Shown here in pieces: positions 51,966 through 64,000 of a stretch of DNA of 64,000 bases (the first letter of the stretch is position 1; each line of letters begins with the position of its first letter). The notes under the pieces were generated by a model. The model made no database searches. It was given only the letters and a program-made list of their open reading frames with translations, and was not told the origin of the DNA. Position numbers and translations under genes: made by a program. The stretch comes from Moniliella sp. 'wahieum' (taxonomy: Eukaryota): the NCBI GenBank assembly GCA_003971905.1, contig RSEE01000005.1, positions 558,001 to 622,000 on the forward strand, in the 5' to 3' direction.

Positions 51966-52487
51966 ATGTCCGAATTCAAGTCCCAAGCACTCTTCACCCA
52001 GATCCAGGAGGGCCTCAAGGCTGCCGGCGAGAAGGACAAGAAGGACATCATTAAGAAGACCAACGGCATCTTCGAGATCCACATCAAGAAGGAGGGCTCG
52101 AAGGAGCTGGTCTACACGATTGACCTCAAGAAGGCGGGCGAGGCCTACGAAGGCAAGGCCAAGGGCAAGGCTGACGTGACCATCAACACGTCGGACGAGA
52201 GTATGTTCCCATTGTCTGATATCTCTCACTATCGAAGCGCGTGCAACGACTAACCCCTGCTTGTGCTCACGCGTCCCACTCAGCCTTTGTCGACATGGCT
52301 GACGGCAAGGTCAACGGCCAGAAGGCCTTCATGAGCGGCAAGCTTAAGGTCAAGGGCGTAAGTACTCCCATGCTTGTTCTCGTTCAATTGGTTTCGATAA
52401 AGGTTGCTGACGCGTTATTCTCTCTAGAACATCATGCTGGCCACCAAGCTGGACACCGTGCTCAAGGCCCAGAAGGCCAAGCTCTAA
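51966..52487 (+). CDS. SCP2: Sterol carrier protein 2-like (SCP2) peroxisomal lipid-binding protein; exons 51966-52200, 52284-52357, 52428-52487
   Basis: Spliced product ...[63 protein letters not shown]. Canonical GT/CTAAC or CTGAC/AG introns; C-terminal AKL is a PTS1. Confidence 0.93.
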
Positions 52488-53538
52488 AGGAGGACATCGC
52501 AGTATCCATCAATGCCTGCACCTCCCGTAGCTAAATGTACATGTCCAGATCAAATTTGGTGGAAACTATCTGCAGATGAAAGGGCCTCGGCTCGTATCCG
52601 ACCTTGGAGCGTTATTGACCTGAGCGCAAGGATTGAGGTGTGTGTGGGTAGGATGATGATAGATACACTATTAGAATGTCCTACTCGACTGGCGTCGCAA
52701 TATGCGCGCGAACCATGTTCGCGTAACTCGATTTGAAGACGGATGGTGGGGTCTACCGAAAGTCTTAACCAACTACCGACGCCCTCAACCTTCTAATTCC
52801 ATCGGAGAGTGTGTAAGCTGAAGCAAACAGATGCGCCAGCCTGGTGGCCAAGAGAGTTCCCATGTCCCTGCCTAACTTTTGATGAAGGTTTTGTATAAGG
52901 ATTTAAGTTACACTGTGTGCTGCATGCATCATGCACATTCATGTGCACCATGCATGTGTAATGGGGCGATGATGGTCAACACGAATCGATATCCCCCCAA
53001 ATCACTGGTATACGTGCGTGTTGCTGTGTATGACTTCCATCCAATTCTAAAGGGATATCGTCTCAGGCCTCAGTGTGCCTAGAATGGTGACCATCTCTTG
53101 CCTTTTACAGCCACAGAACAAGTTCATGTTGAAAACGATCATCGCGACCAATCCAAAAGAAACGTTTTTGACCAGTACCTGTGGCTGTGCAGCGGGCGAG
53201 AGTGCACCACAAGTCCATTACGACCCATGCTTCTCTCGCTCTTCCCTTTTGTTCCCTGCAGATACCTCTTGTTTACTCACTTAAACGATCTTGTGACATG
53301 TGATGCCCCCCTCCCCGTAGTACCTCTCTGGCTTAGACCTTATAGTCTCTCTCGCTTAATAGATCGGACTATGATTGCAATGGCTATCGTTCGTGTCATT
53401 TCATTCACCGGATTCACCTGCATCACTCCATCACAACGGAGGTGCACAAAGGGATACCGATTTTTCACTTCTTTGACATATATTTGCTATGGATGGTCTC
53501 AAAAGTTCTCACACGCCAACGCTAAAAAAGCTCTATTA

Positions 53539-55640
53539 TAAGATCTAAGATCTGAAGCTTGAAGCGTGAACAAGGCTGAACGTTTTGATGTAAACTGTCA
53601 CAGGCCTAGCTAGCGATGCTGGCGATGGTCGATGGAGATGGCATTCAAGAGCTAAGGAGAGCTAGAGCTATGGGCCTTGATAGGCTCCTGGCCTGGAGGC
53701 CAGTGGAAACCCGTGGAAGGGTCGGAACTCACTGCCCCGGTGCACTGTGTGGATCGGGCCACGTGTCACTGAAGGCCGATGGGCTCTAGACCACTGGTGG
53801 TCAACATAAACTACGAGAGCTTCAAGCTTCGAGCTTCGACGTTCACAGTTAAACGTTAACCCTTTTCATCCTGCTATAGATCTTATATCACCCTGATAAT
53901 AATAATAACTGTTAAAAACGAGGACAAAGGCCTACGGAGAGAAGAAGAGAGAGGAGGTGATGGATCTATCCAAGAGAGGAGCCCATTAGGGGCAGAACAT
54001 AGGGGAGAGTCGGATAGAACAGCGCGATGCGTGATGCGTGATCAGCTGCATGCATGATGGCGCTGACAATAACCATAACCGATGTAACCGATGTCTTCAA
54101 GCTTCAAGTTTCAAGCTTCAAGTTGAAGCTTCATCGTCATCCTCCGTCAAAACGTCGCATCCACGGGGTTACATTAACTATAGTAGGCCCTGACCCTGAG
54201 GTCCTACTGGACATCTATAAGTCTTGTAAACTTGAGAGCCTGAGAGAAAACACTTTTAGTTTCAAACTAGCCAATCCTCAAAAACCTCAAGTCTCTCGGT
54301 CGCGGTACAGCTGGTACAGAGCACATGCTGTTGGCTCATCGAGTGTTGTTTGTGAGATATCTGTGAAAGCTGCAACGTAATATAAATCACACACTGTGAT
54401 GCATTCTTTGAATGTGCAATAAGAGCATTGTTTGATGGATTTGCGACTGGACTGGAAGTTATTGAGTACTTAGTACTTCGAGTTTCTCGGATCTCAGATC
54501 TACATGTCACATGATTATGTCACACCTGTCACACCAGATCTTTGCCACACACCACACACACCACACACACACACACATCAGAGACACAACACCATGTCAT
54601 CAATTCATAAAGCTGTTTCTTCTGTTGTTGGGTGGGGTGGGATTACCTCGATGACCCTTGACTAGCTTGAAGCTTGAAGCTTTGAAGGCTTGAGAGGTCC
54701 TGAGGCCTCAGCCTGAGGGTTATAAGGGAGCCCTGAGTCCTGAAGATGCCTTTTGAAGCTTTTGACCTTAATAGAGACTTGCTCTTCCCTCTTCTTGCAC
54801 ATGCTAATGTCTACATGAATGAAGCTGTGAAGCCGCAACCATTATGCCTTTGTATAATGTTATGCCCAGTGACTAGTGATGAAGACAGTATGATAAAAGC
54901 CTGCCAAAGCGTACATTAATTTGAAGCTGGTGTGGTATATGTTTGAGGGGTTTCTGTAAAAGAGGGCTCTCTCGCTTTTGTTATTGTCCCGGTTGTTGGG
55001 TAAAATGTTGAGCATTCTTGAAGTTAACGAGATGAACGTGTGAACAGGTTTGTTGGGGTGATGCCCCAATCACGCCATCCTTGTGCGGGACAGGCACCAC
55101 CCCCCTTATCCACCCAGAAGCTCCCTCTGCTCTCCCCCGGTACTCTCGGCTATATAAGCCCTACCTTTCTCATAACCTCCTGTTCCTCTCCTCAGCACCA
55201 CATCCGCCATTCTCCTCCTTCAGCAGAGTTGAACCGTGGAGTATACGAGTTCCGAGTACTAATAAACTTAATATTAGGCGTTACGCGTTATTGGGCTGTG
55301 TAGGCCTTATACGCGCTTGACGTGTTGTATAATTGACCCTTTATAGAGTCGGGCGGGCCGGGTGCGGGAAAGCCAGTAGGTCGGATATAAATCTGGCTAC
55401 GTACCACCTATAGGCGTATGTAGTACTGAGTACTCAGAACTCAGAGCTCAGATCCAGAAAGTACACAGATCTCGGAGAGATCTCAGAACATTAGGCTCAG
55501 GCGCTCAGGTCGATCAGATCTAGATCCAGACCACTGGTACAGAGTACTGAGTGCACTGAGTCATCCTCACAGTAACTGAGTACTTATTATTACTAGGTAC
55601 CGACTGCTCGGGCCAGGACCGAGCTCCTGAGTCACAGCGT
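53539..55640. repeat. Intergenic cluster of TNA/4-bp-palindrome heptamer arrays plus a CA microsatellite
   Basis: TAA-GATC-TAA-GATC-TGA-AGCT-TGA-AGCG-TGA at 53539-53569; TCA-AGCT-TCA-AGTT-TCA-AGCT-TCA at 54097-54120; TGA-GTAC-TCA-GAAC-TCA-GAGC-TCA-GATC at 55427-55454; (CA)n-like tract near 54546-54577. Confidence 0.85.
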
Positions 55641-56325
55641 CAGCGTAGTACACACTAATAATACCACCCCACCGGCTGCAACCCGGCAGATGGTCACAGT
55701 CACTTTCGCAGTCACATGTCACAAGCGCGTGCACCTGTCACCTCCACCCACTCCATCACGAAAATACATCCCTCCTTCCACCATGCATCACCGGTCACGC
55801 CAGCGTCACCATTGTGCCAGCGACCGTCACAAGTGCGGGAGGCAGCCCACCAGCAGAAGCGCCATGGTCGCGGCAGCAGCAGCCGCCCACAAAAAAACCT
55901 CCGATAGTGATGGGTTGCATCGAAGTAAGCTTTGGCACAGTTCGTACATACGGCGGATATACGTTGGGGAGACCGGAGCATCCGTCGTGCCCCTCCAACT
56001 AATATACTGCCGGTGGGGGCAAACCAAAAATACGTGTGGCATTGGTGGTGGGTTCTGGCGAAGGCTGCATTTGGTTCTGTTTCTACCACACAACACCACC
56101 ATTCCCGCTCCCACTTCAAGCTTGTCTCTCCCATCTCTTATTCACCTCCCTCCAACTAGCAAAAAAAACGCTTGGACTCCACACTCATTCCTTCAACGCA
56201 ACCTGACCTCAGTCGCCCCCCCCCCCCCATTTCCACCGCCTCTCTCTCACCGCTCTTCTCACCATTATTGTCATTGGCGTTCTCTCTTTTTCCTTGCTTC
56301 TCACCTAGCTAGGCACCAGCCAACG

Positions 56326-59102
56326 ATGAATTTGGTCTCTGTCCTGCACCCCCCCTGCAGCAGCCTAATGCCAGCCTCGACCGACCTGGCTCAATGCTCG
56401 GCACGGTTAGCCCCTCCCCTCTTCCCGCCACCCACCCCATCCGTCATGATGTCACGTCCGGTGTACCAGCCTGATCAACAACCCTTGGATGGCTTCATCT
56501 TCCCCCACCACCTGACCAAGTTGATCCCCTGGCCCATGCCCATGCTATGTATGCATCTGTTTTGGCCCACCTGATGACGCTGTGTTCGGCTGGTCAACTC
56601 GCAACACCGTCGATGCACCCCAACGGTCACAAGGTTTGTCGACTCCCTACTAATACACCATGGTGTGCCTCTTCATGCATAAAAAATACTGACACCCCCC
56701 TTGTATAGCCTACCGAACCCGTCTCGTTTTACGATGTGCAACAAAAGATCCAGCGCCACGGATACGTTTATCCTTCGGAATTCGAGATGGACGTATTGAA
56801 GATTCTTTCTGACGGTCTTGTTGCCTCCAAGATAGGCACGCCGGGAATATGGCCAAGTCGCTCGGATGCAGCATGTTTATATGGAATTGGTCAACTGGCC
56901 CCCGTTCAGCTCCATTGCCGGAATTGAGTCCCACATGGATGCGGTCATGCACCTGTCCGCACTAGAGCCTGCACCATTTGCTTCGGTTTCTAATGGTCCA
57001 GGGGAGGCGGCACTGGAAAAGTCCACTTCCAGTAGTTGTGATCGTGCCCTTCGATGAAGTTCAACTTGGCGTACCATCCACGCTTGCCCACCGTGAAAAG
57101 GTGTTCTTTGATCATGCCGTGTTCAAAGGCCAGACATACCGTGTCGGTGACTGGGTCCATGTGCTGAATCCATCGGATCTGTCCAAGCCTATCGTTGGGC
57201 AAATTTTCAAGATTATACAGAAGTTGGCGTCGTCGAGTTCGCATTCATCAAATTCCTCTTCTTCCTCAAACCAAGTTGGGGCACCCACCACTTTCAACCA
57301 ATATTACTTTTCCATCTGCTGGTATCATCGCCCGGAGGACACGGTGCACCCTCCCTCCCGGCGTTTCTTGCCCCATGAGGTCGTCAAGACGGGGATTATG
57401 TGGACCACAAGGTCCAAGACATTGTGGAGCGCTGTTACGTTCTATTCTACACCCGTTACATTCGTGGCCGACCCACCTCTGCCGTGTGGAATAAAGAACG
57501 CGAGCAACTCTACGTGTGCCAGTATCGCTATCATGACCAAACATGGAGGTTCAACAAGATCAAGTCATGGAACTCTTGCATTCCTGAAGAGCTGCGAGGA
57601 GTTGAACCCCCGTTGGATCTGTTCCCTGCATCCGTTATCTCGGACCGTCAACCGTCGCCTTTCCTTACAGGAACGGCGGATGGTCCGGGTTATTTGTGCC
57701 CAGAACCGGAGATATCTCCCATTGAGGTATCGCAATACACGCCTCAGGGACGTAAGCGCTCAGCCAAGGATGCGGGTCTAGACTTCTCCGTGACTCAGAG
57801 GTCTTCTTTCTATCTATCTCGTCCAGAAGCTCAGCCACTTTCGATCATGGTTCCGAATTCTGCAGCGGGACAGTGGTCTGCAACTGTTGCTCAGGAGCTC
57901 AGTCCTCTACCCTCCCCTCATGCTCCCCATGATGCAGCCTAACGCTTGGCCTGGCTCACTCTCGCCGATGTCAGGGATCCCAATGGCTTCTCGGACCGTG
58001 TCAGCAAGTGGTGTACTGGACATTGGCTTTCGCCAGGGGTTTTCTCTGGAAGAAGAAAGTGGGGCACGAATTCCTCATTCCGCAGGCCTATCACCTTCTC
58101 AAACGTTCGTTCGGTAGTGCACCATTGATGGATACTCCCCACCTAGCCCCCCCGTCCCCTTGCTCCGTTACTTTCCCTGTTACGCATCATCCTTTGAGAC
58201 AAGGGGTTACCTCCTCATCGATGGTGATGACCCCATCCCGGCGCGTTGCGCCGGAGGAACGGATTCAAAATGGGCTCACACACCTGCTGCGACGGCTCAG
58301 GAATCCTCCATCCCGGAACTCACCTTTGATTCCCTTGATTCATCAGCATGGACTAGCCCGGCCACCCCCGCGCTCTCAATGGATGCATCTGCATTAGCCT
58401 CATGGCAAACCGCAGCCCCTGTCTCCGGCTGTGTACCCTCGACCATGCGCGCTCCAGCAACCTTCAGCTCAGGCGGGAGGACTTCTTGTTCCGCAACCAT
58501 CCCCATCTGGGCGGCCGTCGCAATGGTCTGCGCGAAGCTGGGACGGTCAGATGGCATTGCCCAGACGGCGAGCTGCTCTCTGCACCGGCGTCTCCCACGG
58601 TCTTGCGTCGAGCTTCATTCGATACTCTCTTTCCCACCAATGACACATGTTTGCCTATGAAAGAGGCTACTGTTCAACTTGATGCTCCCTGGGTGAGCAG
58701 GTTTCCGAGACTCTCCCTAATATGCCACTCACTTCGTCGCTGGGTCCGGACTCAGTTCACATGCTGAGCGTGGCGGACTCTTCCATGCCCTCTCACTTCT
58801 ATCCGTCCACTTCTGCATCCACTTTCGCCCCTGTCATACAGCAGGAGGGGCCTTCTTCGCCCAAATTGCTTACGATTCCCTGGGAACCTATGCCGTCCCA
58901 GGCTGACATGACCTCCTCATCTCTTATTGCCAATCAGCTATCTCCACTGTCTGGGCCGACCGACCGGCCGAGGACGGTTCCTTCTCCTTTGACAAGTTTT
59001 TGCCTTTGGGAGCAGGGTCTGAGACCACACTGGTGTAAACACTGTGGTACACGATCGCATGACGCTGCTCTCAGAGCCGCTACTGGTATCTCTTCTCTAT
59101 GA
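56326..59102 (+). CDS. Rsc1/Rsc2-like chromatin-remodelling subunit (degenerate bromodomain + BAH); frameshifted, both ends approximate
   Basis: EPVSFYDVQQKIQRHGY..EFEMDV (bromo-like). BAH: FKGQTYRVGDWVHVLNPSDLSKPIVGQIFK..CWYHRPEDTVH..RRFLPHEVVKTG..DIVERCYV..YIRGRP..YVCQYRY..FNKIKSWNSCIPEELR. Confidence 0.8.
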
Positions 59103-61873
59103 TGCCTATACCATTTCCCCCAAATCCCTTTCCGCGATTCTCCAGATTCTATTCTCGCCCACGACGTGTTTTTTTGCTCTGTACGCCTTGCCAAGACACG
59201 GATCTTCAGTTTTAGCTCACTTGCCCCGACCGATCCCCTCCTCACTACGCCTCTGCCTCCGTCTCTTTCATGACTAGCCCAAACTCTATTTGGCACACGC
59301 TCCTTTATGTGCTCGTCTCTCTCGTCCACGTTTCACACGTTCTGATTTCTTCGTGCCACCTCTTCCTTTACGAACATATTTTTGCTACGTGCGAAATGAT
59401 AGGCATCAACACCCACTGTTTTTTGGGATGTCTGATTATAACGCCCACGGGCCACGCACAACCATTAGTATGTCTACGTCGTTGCTTGGTCTCCTGTTTT
59501 CCCAATCGATATATACACTTGAATTTAATTTGAACCCAGCGATGAGAGCTGCACGGGCGACCGGTCGGTCAGGCACACTTGCGCCGGTGAATCTGAGGAC
59601 GGGCATCATGTCAAAATGGAAGAGAAGGTGGGAGCGGAGGTGGCCCTAGCTCCCGATGTCATCTCTATCACTGCGCTCACATGAACTGATGTGAATTGAA
59701 ACATTGTTGGCAGAGGCGCAGCGCCGAAATATACCTGAAGGGCCAGGCGCCGGCTGCCGGTTATGGCTTCGCCTGTACACCACAACACAAGACTCGAAGG
59801 TTATTCTGTTATATACCGCGTGACGGTGAGTGAAGCTTGAAGTGCATACCAGAAGGATGGTGGAGCCTGTGCAGCCCATTCGCGTCTACTGTCGTAGTCT
59901 TGACACAGTATTCCGACGACATTACCGCCGAGCACATCCGCTCCGAACTTCTGGAAAAGGTCATCAAAGAAGAGGACCTCTTGTTGAGGGTAGTGCTAGG
60001 GTCCCCCGGCACGGCCCTCAATATTCAATGGATCAGTGGCGCTCGCTTAGCCGGGGGGAAGAGTTCCGCTCGCAGGGCGCAACGCCCCACTGCTCGCTGC
60101 ATCTCCCTCCCTCTCTCCTTTCTCTGATCTGAGAGAGCACACCGGCGGCGGTGCTTTACTGCTTTCAGCCTCAGGCCCCTCAGGAGGCTCATCAGCCTCG
60201 GCCTATCAATCTCGGGCCGCTTTGTGATTGGAGAGGGTCACATGATGCACATGATGCATGATGCATGATGCATGAGATGATGATGATGTTGATGACCACA
60301 AGCTGGCGGTGGTTTTCAAGTAAGAATCTTAATCTTTAATTACCATATGGCAGGACCCATCAAAAAGTGGCAACCCTACTGCTCCCCGACCTGCACGTGA
60401 CGGGGCTGGCTGGCTGCGCCAAGTATCGGGCATATGACCGACGCGTCCCTCCACCCACTTAAAATGCCCCCTACCCGTGTACTCACCGCCGGTGTCCCCA
60501 TTGCGGCACCAACGACCATACTGCTTCAAGGTGCCCCTCAATCCACGCCCACGGTTGTGCCCCCACTGCCGTCGACCTGGCCACAAGGCTGCCGCGGAGC
60601 GGTGGAGCAAGGAGGAGATGTGGAAAGCAATTGGGGTCTTTGCGACAAAAATAAGGTGGGGGGGGAGAAGGACAAGAAGAGGGGGGGAGGACAAGAGAGA
60701 GGGGGGGACAAAGGGAATTGGTGGAAGGATGGAGCAAGGATGATCGATGGTCCAGAGGTGGCGGGATCGATCTCCACGTAACGTGAATTACGACGACCCT
60801 GTCGCAAGCGGGCCCTGCCAGGGGGCTCGCTCAGGTTGGTGGGGCAGTCCCTTAGGTGAAAGACGACTCACGGTAGTTTCGGGCTTGGGCTACTTGGTGG
60901 TTCCGAGCGAGGTGGAGAAGCCTTTGGGCGTGAAGCCGAGGCGGGCTGCTGGCGCGTGGCAAGGGTGCGTATACGCCGGCGGGAGGGTAGCATCGTGTGT
61001 GAAGCCTCCGGGGCTGAGAGAGGTAGATGCAGTGGAGCGGACAGACACTGCCAGGCTGCGGCATGGCAGTGGCTGTGAAAGGAACCCACGCGACATGTTG
61101 TGGTACGGGGAACCGACGCGGCTGATGGAAGGCTCGCGCGACTGGGCAGATGGAAAGCTGGAGGATGAGGTTGGATGATGAAGATGATGCAGCTAAGTGG
61201 AGACGAGAGGTGCCTGTATTACTGAATCAATTGGCTGGAAACGTTCAGGAGTTTGGCAGGAAAGGCGGGAAGGGACGAGAAGGGAAGGTGAGATAAAGGA
61301 TCTCTACCAATCGAGGATGCTGACTGTTGGTGGCCCCTTTTTGGTAACCCACCGCACTGGGATAGATGTTGACAGAGCGAAACAGACGAACCTGCTATAG
61401 AGTGCGACTTGGGAGCACTCGCGATCCTATGGATCAGCTGCAATGCAGCCTTCAGACAAGGCGTGAAGGCAAGTTCAAGCACATCTGAATTGAAGGGAAG
61501 GAGACAGGAGAGAGAGAAGGGAGATGAAGCGAGCAGGGCGCGCGCGCCCTGCGAGCGGAACTCTTCCGCCCGGTTAAGTGAGCGTCACCGATTTACCGAG
61601 GACCGTGCAAGGGAACCCCAGCACTACCCTCCAACAGAAGCAAGCGAAGACTGCGAAGGCACTAAGAATGTCATCCGATAGCAATTCCTCGTTTCCAATG
61701 TGTACCGACGGTCGGGAGCTGGTTCATTTCCTTGTTCCGCAGTTAAGCCCCTGGCGGCGACTGGCTGCTTGATGTTTCCTCTGTAGGCGTTTCCTCTGTA
61801 GGCGTTGCTGGCTGGCTTAGACCACCACCAGTAGTGCAATTGCCTCACCCTTGAGGACCTGATATCACAGCAC

Positions 61874-62100
61874 AGGCCTCAGGCCTCAGGCCTCAGGACT
61901 CCAGGTCTCATCGATCATCACAGCGGAAAAAAACAGCGGAGCTTCTCGATAGGCTGAGGCCTCGGCCTGAGGCTCAGGCTTGAGGTGAGGCTTGAAGTTC
62001 AAGCTTGAGGAGGGACTGAAGCTTGAAGAAGCATGGCCAAGCGCACGAGCCATCCTATCGTCATCATGCATCATGCGCGTGCGTCACGCGTCATGCATAT
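61874..62100. repeat. TNA/4-bp-palindrome heptamer arrays upstream of thioredoxin
   Basis: (CCTCAGG)x3 at 61877-61897, TCA-AGCT-TGA near 61999, TCA-TGCA-TCA at 62064, TCA-CGCG-TCA-TGCA at 62084. Confidence 0.85.
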
Positions 62101-62232
62101 CCATTTGCTTGTGCACGGTGCAATCTAGCTCCAAAATAGAACCCCGCGATTACATCATCGCTTAATTAGTCCCAACTCGCTCGCCTTCTTCGCCGTAAGC
62201 AAGCAACGACACTGCTTCTTGTTGCCACCATC

Positions 62233-62990
62233 ATGTTCTCTCGTTCTACCCTCGCTGCTATTCGCCCCTTGCTGCCTCCGCTGGAGTGTGTTGGGTACCT
62301 CCGCCCTGCGTGCCTGCATCCCTGCAGCTCGCCCTGCCTTTTCGGCTTCCTTCCACGGTTCAGCCCAGGCCGGGCTGCAAAGCACGCGCAAGACTTGTGC
62401 GGACGACGACGGACGAAACGGCTGCTACGCCTGAATCCCCTCCTCGCGTGGAGCCGAAGAACGTGCATGAGCACCCCCGATCTGGATTGAGATGTGAACT
62501 ACGAGACGCTGGGCCAACTGTGTTGACCCCTGTTGAGGGCGGTGAGGGAGCCAAGTTGGAAACCAGCATCGCCCTCATCGACTTTTACGCCGACTGGTGC
62601 GGGCCCTGCAAGGCGCTGTCGCCCTTGCTGGAGAAGCTTGCCAAGGAAGAGGGATTGGACACGACGTCATCTCGCTCGATGTGGACAAAAACCCAGAGAT
62701 TGCCCAGGCTTTCCAAATTACGGCGCTGCCGACGGGTATGGCCTGTACCCAGAACAAGCCGGTGCGACGCTGTACGTGCCCTCCCGCCTACCACATCTCT
62801 TCCAGGTTTGAATCGGACTTGCTAACCTGTTGGATCTCGCATTCGTCCAAGGCCTCTGCCCGAAGAAGCTTTGCGCCAATTTGTTCAGGACCTTCCTACT
62901 CTAGCTGCTGAGGACGCTAAGGCGGAAGAGGCCCTGACCGCTGCTGAGGCCGACGAAGCTGCCTCCGAGTCCGGGCCGACAAAGCAGTAA
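62233..62990 (+). CDS. Thioredoxin, probably mitochondrial; frameshifted, intron about 62772-62851
   Basis: Presequence-like MFSRSTLAAIRPLL; ALIDFYADWCGPCKALSPLLEK, LDVDKNPEIAQAFQITALPT; stop TAA at 62988-62990. Confidence 0.88.
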
Positions 62991-64000
62991 TGTTTCCATC
63001 TCTCAGTGCACCAATTAATCTCCCTTTTTGATCCATGCATGTACAGTCTCTGAAAGTGGGCATATACGTAGCTCGGCATAACCCGATCCAAGTAGCCCTT
63101 CTCCCCAATTTTTGCGTCCCCCCCGTGCCTCAGCCGGATGTTCATCCTGCTGGCAATCTGTCTCTGGGGGTCATATTATGCTTCTGAGTTGTGGCCCCAC
63201 AAGAGGCAGGGAAAGGTATGTGAACTATTCCACTCCATTGCATAATCAACGTTCAACGCAGTCAACAAAGCCAGGGCTGGGCTCAGTCAAACCTTGTTGC
63301 CGAAGCACACTGAATGGCGATGAAGCCGAAGCTTGCTCTGTGGGGCTACCTCAAATTTGTTGGTGCCTCATCGCCAAACCCATTGTGCGCGTTGCAATGT
63401 CTAAGATAGAGCTGAAAGAGAAGCACAACGATTCCACTGATGTGACGCCACACTGGAGTAGTGTCACCGGCAGCTCCAGTCCGGTCGACCTCTGGCGGTG
63501 CATTCCTTTCGGGAAGAGTATTCCTTACTGGAGGCCACAGGAATACTCTATGGCCTGTGTAATATACAATAGCTCATGTACAATAGACACCAACTACCAT
63601 ATCTGTCAGTCTGATTCTCGAGTTCCTAACAAAATTGAGAAGGTCTAGGTGTGGAGCTACAGACTGTTCTGAAGTTCATCCACAGCGTGTGGCGTATCTG
63701 AGGAGATAATAGGCATTTAACGATGTCCAACATCCTGCTTTATTCCCCTGACCTTCTATATATACTTTCCTATATATACTTTTCCTTGTCGACGCTTGCG
63801 CGTGTGGACCATAGGTCAAACTAATTGGCCTCGACTTTGCATCACCTAATACGGGGGCGGTCTGTGGATTGCCCAGCTCTGTGTGGGCCAACAGATGCAA
63901 AAAGAGGATCGACCTAGTATCGCTCTCTATTACGAGGAGGGGAAAAATGGTCGTACATGTGCTGGCTGTGGCTGCTGCGTTGCTGATGTTCCTGTCGATC

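Noticed and set aside
55051..55280. Possible solo LTR (TGTTGG start, TATATAA, AATAAA)
   Set aside because: No convincing terminal CA, target-site duplication or second copy in the window.
59600..60132. Protein-like frames on both strands
   Set aside because: Interrupted by stops, and no family was recognised.

Overview
Eukaryotic, GC-rich, intron-poor fungal DNA, most likely a basidiomycete of the smut lineage (Ustilaginomycotina-like). The evidence is short GT..CTRAC/CTAAT..YAG introns, an intronless RPL3 and a Kpp6-like MAPK. About 19 protein genes can be reconstructed: RPL4 (3' part), mitochondrial bL31m/MRPL36, SEC72, LEO1, ARP9, carnitine acetyltransferase, ULP1, a CHID1-like GH18 protein, acyl-CoA thioesterase, RPL3, a Cdc15-type kinase with C1 domain and probable CaaX end, a GH16 + acyltransferase-3 fusion, a Kpp6-like MAPK, eIF3L, SCP2, an Rsc1/2-like BAH protein, thioredoxin and two hypothetical proteins. 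Nearly every gene, including RPL3, is broken by small indels, which points to an unpolished long-read assembly, so gene boundaries are approximate. The most striking unexplained signal is non-coding. Intergenic and promoter DNA is full of 7-bp-period arrays of the form TNA-[4-bp palindrome]-TNA-[4-bp palindrome]. All twelve G/C-containing 4-mer palindromes are used, and an array can switch palindrome while keeping phase. No rRNA, tRNA or CRISPR array was recognised.
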